Shown in pieces: positions 58,365 through 64,000 of a DNA stretch of 64,000 nucleotides. Location of the stretch: assembly GCA_963771355.1 (NCBI GenBank), contig CAVYTA010000006.1, positions 320,322-384,321 on the forward strand, read 5' to 3'. Every line of letters begins with the position of its first letter. Position 1 is the stretch's first letter. Both the position numbers and the translations under genes were made by a program. The notes under the pieces are model-generated. The model had not been told where the DNA came from, ran no database searches, and saw nothing but the letters and a program-made list of their open reading frames with translations. This DNA comes from an uncultured Candidatus Rokubacteria bacterium (GTDB lineage Bacteria > Methylomirabilota > Methylomirabilia > Rokubacteriales > CSP1-6).

Positions 58365-59918
58365 TCAGAAGCCGGGCGGCGGCCGGAAGCCGCCCAGGAT
58401 GTCGGCGAGCCGGCCGGCCAGGTCGATCGGGGTCGCGTCTTCCATGTAGGGTCCCATGATCTGGATTCCGACGGGGAGCCCGCCGCGGGTGAGCCCCACC
58501 GGGGCGGTGGTCGCCGGCAGCCCCGTCAGCGTCGCGAACGAGATCCAGAAGAGCAGATCGAGATAGGGGCGTGGGCCTCCCGGCGTCTGCAGGACGCGAT
58601 CGAGCACGTTCGGCGAGTGATCGTGCGGGAAGGCCGGGACGAAGGCCGTGGGCAGGAGGAACGCGTCGTGCGTCCGGAAGTACGCCTGCCAGCGGCCGCG
58701 AGCGCCGCGACCACGGCCGTCGGCCTGCATGTGGAAGCCGTAGGGGGCGGTGATGGCGCGGGCGCGCTTGGCCTGGTAGGAGCCATCCTGAGTCGCGGCG
58801 ATCTTCCTCAGGTCTTCAAGCTGATCCTCGCGCTGTGGGCCGGCCATCCGCGCGAAGAGAATGGTGAGATAAGCGTCGTAATGCTCGTCGGGCTTCATGC
58901 CCTGGGGCCAGCCTTCCTCCAGCGTCGCGCCGGCCTTCCGCAGGGCCTCGACGGCCACCCGGAGCGTGTCGCCCACCTCGGGCGAGACGGGACAGAGCGG
59001 GTCGTCGAGCACATAGCCGATCCGGTAGTCAGCCAGACGTGCGGCGCGCGCGGGCGGTAGCGTCCAGCGCCAGGCGCGTCCCTCGTCCTCCATGGGGCCG
59101 CCCATGACTTCGAGCGCGGCGCGAAGATCCGCGGCGGAGCGGGCGAGAGGCCCGGCGACGGACAAGGTCGTGGGCGGACCCGTGAGAATTCCGGGGGGCG
59201 GTGGAATGTGGCCGCGCATGGGCACCACGTCCAGCGTGGGCTTGTGGCCATACACCCCGCAGAAGTGGGCGGGGGTGCGAATGGAGCCGCCGATGTCGCT
59301 GCCCGGCTCCAGATAGGTGAGGCCCGCGGCCAGCGCCGCGGCGCCGCCGCCGGTGGAGCCGCCCGGGGTCCGGGCCTGGTCCCAGGGATTATTGCTCTGC
59401 CCGTACACCGCGTTGTAGCTCTGAAAGTCGCTGGCCCAGATCGGGACATTCGTCTTGCCCAGGATGACGACCCCCGCGCGCTTGAGCCGGGCCACGAGCA
59501 CGGCGTCCCGCGGCGAGAGGTGATCCTTCAAGGTCGGCGAGCCCGCGGTGGTCCGGAGCCCGGTGACCTCGAAGGTGTCCTTCACTGTGCACGGCACGCC
59601 GTGGAAGGGCCCCCACCACTCCCCGCGGGCCCCTGCCTCGTCCGCCGCGCGGGCCCGGGTCCGCGCGGTGTCGGATGCGAGCTCCACGATCGCGTTGAGG
59701 GAGGGATTGTGCCGCGCGATACGCTCGAGCATTCGATTCGTGAGCTCGAGGGACGAGACCTGTCCCGAGCGAATGGCCCGCGCGGCGCCGAGCGCCGTGC
59801 CGAAGTCCAGATCGGCCACGGCCGCGCGCCCCCGGCGAGGCGCCAGGAGCGTCGCGCCGGCGAGCGTCAGGCCACCACCGAGGAACGAGCGACGCGAGAG
59901 GGGGCGGGCGGTGCGCAT
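58365..59918 (-). CDS. Amidase (amidase-signature family, GatA-like), Tat-secreted
   Basis: 517 aa. Twin-arginine signal (SRRSFLGGGLTLAGATLLAP). AS-family Gly/Ser-rich signature (GGSTGGGAAALAAG...GSDIGGSIRTPA) with the catalytic Ser-cisSer-Lys context. Confidence 0.85.
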   Translation of the reverse strand: MRTARPLSRRSFLGGGLTLAGATLLAPRRGRAAVADLDFGTALGAARAIRSGQVSSLELTNRMLERIARHNPSLNAIVELASDTARTRARAADEAGARGEWWGPFHGVPCTVKDTFEVTGLRTTAGSPTLKDHLSPRDAVLVARLKRAGVVILGKTNVPIWASDFQSYNAVYGQSNNPWDQARTPGGSTGGGAAALAAGLTYLEPGSDIGGSIRTPAHFCGVYGHKPTLDVVPMRGHIPPPPGILTGPPTTLSVAGPLARSAADLRAALEVMGGPMEDEGRAWRWTLPPARAARLADYRIGYVLDDPLCPVSPEVGDTLRVAVEALRKAGATLEEGWPQGMKPDEHYDAYLTILFARMAGPQREDQLEDLRKIAATQDGSYQAKRARAITAPYGFHMQADGRGRGARGRWQAYFRTHDAFLLPTAFVPAFPHDHSPNVLDRVLQTPGGPRPYLDLLFWISFATLTGLPATTAPVGLTRGGLPVGIQIMGPYMEDATPIDLAGRLADILGGFRPPPGF

Positions 59919-59964
59919 ATCGGCCTCCTTTTCCTCGCGGAGACTCTAGCAGAGTCGGGGCGCC

Positions 59965-61260
59965 GTGATACGATTCTCGACGAGCCACGTCCTGCCCATG
60001 TCCCCCCTGACAGCGTCGTCAGTGCGTATCGACTCCCGCGCCAAGTTGATGGCCGTGCTGTTCGTGGCCCAGGTGTGCGGGAGCACCGGGCATTCCATCG
60101 GGCTGGCGGTGGGCGGCATCATGGCCGCCAGCATCACGGGGACGAATACGTGGACGGGCCTGCCGGTGGCGCTGGGCGCGCTCGGCACCGCGCTCGCGAG
60201 CTGGCCGCTCGCGCGGCTGATGGATCGCGCGGGGCGGCGCCCCGGCCTCGCGCTCGGCTATGGTCTCGCGGTGGTCGGCGCGCTCCTCGGGCTGGTCGGC
60301 GTGGCCGCGCGGAGCTTCCCGCTCATGCTGGCCGGCATGACGCTCTTCGGGATCGCCAGCACCTCGAATCTCCTCGCCCGCTACGCGGCGGCGGACGTGA
60401 GTCCCGGCGCTCAGCGCGGCCGGGCCATGGGCCTCATCGTCTGGGGCTCCACGCTCGGCTCCATCGTGGGGCCGAACCTGATGGCGCCGGCGCTGCGCCT
60501 GGGCCACTGGCTCGGGGTCGAGGCCACCGCCAGCGCCTTCTTGGTGAGCGTCGGCTCGTACGCGCTCGCGGCGCTCCTCGTCCAGGTCTTCCTGCGTCCC
60601 GATCCGCTCGCCATCGCCCGACGGCTGGAGGCGGACGCCTCGCGGGGGCGTGCCGCCGGCCTCACGCGCGGGTTCGGCGCCATCCTGGGTGACGTGCGGG
60701 TGCAGATCGCGCTCGCCGCGCTCTCGGTCAGCCAGTTCGTGATGATCGCGACCACCTCGACCTCGCCGGTGTACCTCTACGATCAGGGGCACTCGGTGCG
60801 CATCATCGGCATCGGCGTCTCCCTGCATCTGGGCGGGATGTACGTGGCCTCGCCGCTGTCGGGGTGGCTCTGCGATCGCTTCGGCCGCCTGCTCATGATC
60901 GGGGTGGGCGCGCTCATCCTCATCGGGGCGGTGATGCTCGCCGGCCTCGCGCCGGGCACGGATCCCGTCCTCGTGATCGGCGCGCTCTTCCTCAACGGCG
61001 TGGGCTGGAACCTGGCCTTCGTCTCGGCCAGCGCGCTCCTCACCGATGCGCTCGCGCCCGCCGAGCGCGCCTCCGTCCAGGGCTTCGCCGACCTGATCAT
61101 GGGGCTCATGGGCGCGGTGGGCTCGGCAGTGGGGGGGATGGTGCTGGGCATCTGGGGCTTCGCCGCCCTCAATGCCGTGGGTGCCGTGCTCGTGCTCGGG
61201 CCGCTCGCGCTTACCCTGCTTCGCCGCCCCGCGCTCGCCGCGCTCTCCGCCAAGGGCTGA
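59965..61260 (+). CDS. MFS transporter
   Basis: ~12 TM helices. MFS motif A-like (LMDRAGRRPG; WLCDRFGRL). True start possibly at the Met at 59998 (MSPLTASS) or the later MAVLF. Confidence 0.75.
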   Translation: MIRFSTSHVLPMSPLTASSVRIDSRAKLMAVLFVAQVCGSTGHSIGLAVGGIMAASITGTNTWTGLPVALGALGTALASWPLARLMDRAGRRPGLALGYGLAVVGALLGLVGVAARSFPLMLAGMTLFGIASTSNLLARYAAADVSPGAQRGRAMGLIVWGSTLGSIVGPNLMAPALRLGHWLGVEATASAFLVSVGSYALAALLVQVFLRPDPLAIARRLEADASRGRAAGLTRGFGAILGDVRVQIALAALSVSQFVMIATTSTSPVYLYDQGHSVRIIGIGVSLHLGGMYVASPLSGWLCDRFGRLLMIGVGALILIGAVMLAGLAPGTDPVLVIGALFLNGVGWNLAFVSASALLTDALAPAERASVQGFADLIMGLMGAVGSAVGGMVLGIWGFAALNAVGAVLVLGPLALTLLRRPALAALSAKG

Positions 61261-61319
61261 CGCGCATTCTCGGTCTCTCCCTTCTGCGTCTCGGCGAGTT
61301 CCGCCGGCTCTCGGCCGGC

Positions 61320-62471
61320 ATGCTGCTGAGCTCGGTGGGGATGATGGGCGAGGTGGTGGTCCTGGGCTGGCTCGCGCTCGAGCTGACGGACTCACCCTTC
61401 TTCGTGGGGCTCGCCATGAGCGCGCGCGCCCTGCCGCTCTTCTTCGTGGGCGCGCCCGCCGGCGTCCTCGCCGATCGCGTGCCGCGCCACCAGCTCCTGG
61501 TGGCCACCGGCGTGGGCCAGGCCCTCGCCACCGCGACCCTGGGCAGCCTCACGCTCGCCGGCCGGATCACCTTCACGCACCTCTTTCTCTTCACCCTGGC
61601 CTCGGGCGTGCTCCGCGGCGTGGAGCACGCGGCGCGCCAGAGCTACACGCACGACGTGGCGGGCGCCGAAGGGCTGGTGCGGGGCCTCGCCATCCAGGGC
61701 CTGGCCATGCGCTGCGGGTGGTTCGCGGGCTCGCTCGGCGCGGGCGCCATCATCGCGGGCCTGGGACCCGGGCCGGCCTATATCGGCGTGGGAGTCGCCT
61801 ACCTGGTGGGGACCCTGCCGCTGCTCGGCGCCTCGCCGCCCGCGCGCACCGCGCCGCCCGAGCGCGAGTCCCTCTGGCGGGCCGTCGGCGAGTTCCTCGA
61901 CGGGGTGCGGAAGGACCGGACCCTGCTCGTGATCATGATCCTCACCGCGGGCGCGGAGGTGCTGGGCTTCTCGCATCAGGCGCTCCTGCCCAGCCTGGCC
62001 CGCGACGTGCTCCACACCGGGCCCGAGGGGCTGGGGGTGCTGAACGGCGCGCGCTCGGTGGGTGGGTTCGTCGGCCTGGTCGCGTCGATGGGCGGCGCGC
62101 CGCGAGGCGGCGGCACCCTCTTCCTGGCTATCCTCGTCAGCTTCGGGGCCAGCGTGATCGCGCTGGGACTCTCCCCGTTTCTCGTCGGCTTCGGCGGCGT
62201 GGTCATGGTGCTGCTCGTCACCAATGCCGCGGGGGCCATCGCCGATCTCCTCGCGCAGAGCCTCCTCCAGCGGAGCGTCCCCGCGCATCTCCGCGGGCGC
62301 GCCGGCGGCGCGTGGGTGGTGGCCATCGGCCTCGCGCCGCTGGGCCAGATGCAGATCGGCGGCCTGGCCTCGCTGTTCGGCGTCAGCGCGGCGCTGGGCG
62401 CGAGCGGGCTCGCGCTGGTCGCGCTGGTGGCCGCGACCGCGCTCGCCTATCCGCGCCTGCGCCGGCTCTGA
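61320..62471 (+). CDS. MFS transporter (EntS/YbdA-like subfamily), N-terminus uncertain
   Basis: The first in-frame ATG is at 61320 (MLLSSVGMM...). However, the conserved N-terminal segment LTRILGLSLLRLGEFRRLSAG is encoded in frame immediately upstream (61257-61319) with no ATG/GTG/TTG start. A CTG at 61257 overlaps the upstream TGA as CTGA. Confidence 0.65.
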   Translation: MLLSSVGMMGEVVVLGWLALELTDSPFFVGLAMSARALPLFFVGAPAGVLADRVPRHQLLVATGVGQALATATLGSLTLAGRITFTHLFLFTLASGVLRGVEHAARQSYTHDVAGAEGLVRGLAIQGLAMRCGWFAGSLGAGAIIAGLGPGPAYIGVGVAYLVGTLPLLGASPPARTAPPERESLWRAVGEFLDGVRKDRTLLVIMILTAGAEVLGFSHQALLPSLARDVLHTGPEGLGVLNGARSVGGFVGLVASMGGAPRGGGTLFLAILVSFGASVIALGLSPFLVGFGGVVMVLLVTNAAGAIADLLAQSLLQRSVPAHLRGRAGGAWVVAIGLAPLGQMQIGGLASLFGVSAALGASGLALVALVAATALAYPRLRRL

Positions 62472-62500
62472 CCTTCGCTCGCCGCGGGGGCGAGAGCAGA

Positions 62501-63658
62501 TCAGCCGATCGCGCGCTCGAGGCGCCGGGCGGCCTCGACGCAGCCCGGCCGGTCGGGCCGCTCCAGTGCCAGATCCCGCGGCGTCTTGCCGTCCCCGTCT
62601 CGCTGCCGCGGATCCGCGCCGGACTCCAGCAAGAGGTCCACGATCTCGGCGTGACCCTCCCGCGCCGCCTCGTGCAGCGGCGCGCCCCGGCCGTCGAGGA
62701 TACCGGCCAGCGCGCGGTCCGCGGCCAGACGCTGGCGCACCTTCGCCGTCCAACCCCAGCTCGCCGGGAGGCAGATGCCGAAAGCCCGAGGCGTGCACCG
62801 GAGAAAGCCGTCCCGGGCCGTGGGATCAGCGCCCGCACGGAGGAGGAGGTCCACTGCCGCGCGTGAGCCACTCCAGTAGGCCCAGTGCAACGCGGTGCCG
62901 CCCAGGAAGGCGCGGAAGCCGAGATCGGGCGAGCGGGTGAGCAGGTGCGCGACGACCTCGTCCTGACCATTACGGGAGGCGAGGTAAAGCGCGTCAGAGA
63001 TGACTTCTCGGTCGGTGCCGGGGGGGCAGGGAAGGCGCGTGCCGTCCGCGGCATAGCGCGAGCTGCCGGTGCGTGAGGCACCGGGGCGGAGCCGGCCGTC
63101 GGCATCGAAGAAGGCGCTGACGCGGGCCACCTCCCCCAGGCCCGCCGCGCAGAAGAGGTCGGGCTCCACGCCGCCGCGGAGGAGGGCGTGCGCGGCGTCC
63201 AGGGCGCCCGTGGTCAGCGCCCAGGACAGCGGCGTGTGCGCGGAGTGCGCATAGGGCCGCTGCGGGTCGGCGCCCCGTGCAAGCAGGAGCGCCACGATGC
63301 CGGGCTGGTTCCACTCCGCCGCCTGAAGGAGCGGGGTGCTGCCGTCCGCGTCCCTCGCCTGCGCGAGTGGCGGATCAGCCGTGAGCATGGCTTGAACCGC
63401 GGGCTCGTCGCCGCGCTTGATGGCGTCGAAGAGTGTCGGAATCGTCTCGGCGGGCCGGGAGGGTTCGTGTCCGTGTGTGGCTTCGAGCACAGTGAGCCGG
63501 GTCCGCAATGCGCGCCAGCTCGGGAAGCCGTGCTCGCGGGCCACCGCGAGCTGCGCGTCGGCGAGTCTGGCGGTCGGATCGGCCCGGCGGAGGGCCGGCA
63601 GCCGGTCCTTGGCGAGCTTCTTGAGGTACTCGAGGCTGGGACGTTCGGGCAGCGACAT
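62501..63658 (-). CDS. Ankyrin-repeat protein with conserved N-terminal helical domain
   Basis: 385 aa. Multiple ANK repeats (GSTPLLQAAEWNQPGIVALLLARGADP; GAPLHEAAREGHAEIVDLLLESGADP; GTALHWAYWSGSRAAVDLLLRAGADP). The N-terminal SLEYLKKLAKDRL...ADAQLAVAREHGFPSWRAL module is common in actinobacterial ANK proteins. Confidence 0.8.
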   Translation of the reverse strand: MSLPERPSLEYLKKLAKDRLPALRRADPTARLADAQLAVAREHGFPSWRALRTRLTVLEATHGHEPSRPAETIPTLFDAIKRGDEPAVQAMLTADPPLAQARDADGSTPLLQAAEWNQPGIVALLLARGADPQRPYAHSAHTPLSWALTTGALDAAHALLRGGVEPDLFCAAGLGEVARVSAFFDADGRLRPGASRTGSSRYAADGTRLPCPPGTDREVISDALYLASRNGQDEVVAHLLTRSPDLGFRAFLGGTALHWAYWSGSRAAVDLLLRAGADPTARDGFLRCTPRAFGICLPASWGWTAKVRQRLAADRALAGILDGRGAPLHEAAREGHAEIVDLLLESGADPRQRDGDGKTPRDLALERPDRPGCVEAARRLERAIG

Positions 63659-63786
63659 GACGCACCATCCTTCCCTATGCCCGGTGTCCGCGGTTACGGG
63701 CGGAAGGTGGTGAACGGCGCCTCACATGACAGGTGGGTTCAACCCTTCACGCGGACCGTGAGCCGCCTGGACGGCTACGGCCGAGT

Positions 63787-64000
63787 CTACTTCATCATGC
63801 GGGGCAGCCACAACGAGATGATGGGGAAGGCGACCAGGATGGCGAGGCGGATGACGTCGGCCCACACGAAGGGCATCACGCCCCGGAACACGGTGGCGGT
63901 GGAGACCTGGGGCAGCAAGGTCTTGAGCACGAACATGTTCATGCCCACCGGGGGGCTGATGAGGCCGATCTCCACCACGCACACGATGATGATGCCGAAC
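63787..64000 (-). CDS. TRAP transporter large permease (DctM-like), C-terminal fragment; gene continues beyond the window end
   Basis: C-terminal sequence ...VVEIGLISPPVGMNMFVLKTLLPQVSTATVFRGVMPFVWADVIRLAILVAFPIISLWLPRMMK* matches the conserved DctM C-terminus. The ORF is open at 64000. Confidence 0.7.
   Translation of the reverse strand, partial: FGIIIVCVVEIGLISPPVGMNMFVLKTLLPQVSTATVFRGVMPFVWADVIRLAILVAFPIISLWLPRMMK

Overview
This 64 kb window is ~70% GC bacterial chromosomal DNA, densely packed with about 60 genes on both strands and no rRNA, tRNA, CRISPR array or transposase that I can see. Eight luciferase-like-monooxygenase (LLM, F420-type) paralogs, an orphan PF04392-type solute-binding protein (SBP) and branched-chain amino acid ABC transporter genes suggest an actinobacterial, Rokubacteria-like or deltaproteobacterial lineage, but this is inference from gene content only. 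Two things stand out. (1) A co-directional, tightly spaced operon on the minus strand encodes a type IIB DNA topoisomerase VI: Top6B with a histone-H1-like Lys/Ala-rich tail, an orphan ABC SBP between the two subunits with a TGATG stop/start overlap, Top6A, and a beta-lactamase-fold serine hydrolase. A 5'-truncated, in-frame-deleted duplicate of that hydrolase lies about 1 kb downstream. (2) Divergently transcribed from that operon is a membrane-anchored peroxiredoxin-like protein whose redox-active position (UPFC motif) is an in-frame TGA. A 7-bp stem with a GGUC loop follows 17 nt downstream of that TGA, which is the geometry of a bacterial selenocysteine insertion sequence, so this is a candidate selenoprotein that ORF callers would split in two. 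Other content is summarised below.
- Membrane and redox genes: an sdhCAB succinate:quinone oxidoreductase operon with a divergent LysR regulator, cysK, and a CoxMSL-type molybdenum hydroxylase followed by a MoaD-like sulfur carrier with a post-GG extension.
- Regulation and transport: a 997-aa four-GAF orphan histidine kinase co-transcribed with two LLM genes, a LivK / LivH / fused LivM-LivG / LivF transporter, and tandem MFS transporters.
- Catabolic genes: a P450 / aldo-keto reductase / thioredoxin-like / AhpD-like cluster, and an amidase-rich cluster (AllC-like, M20, ThrC-like, ABM monooxygenase, Tat-amidase).
- Three genes carry apparent single-nucleotide frameshifts: the NPP phosphodiesterase, the aldo-keto reductase (which appears fused to the P450 as a result) and the thioredoxin-like gene. 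These are either pseudogenes or consensus indel errors.
All coordinates derive from the supplied ORF track plus manual start-site trimming. Functional calls rest on recognisable motifs, not database searches.
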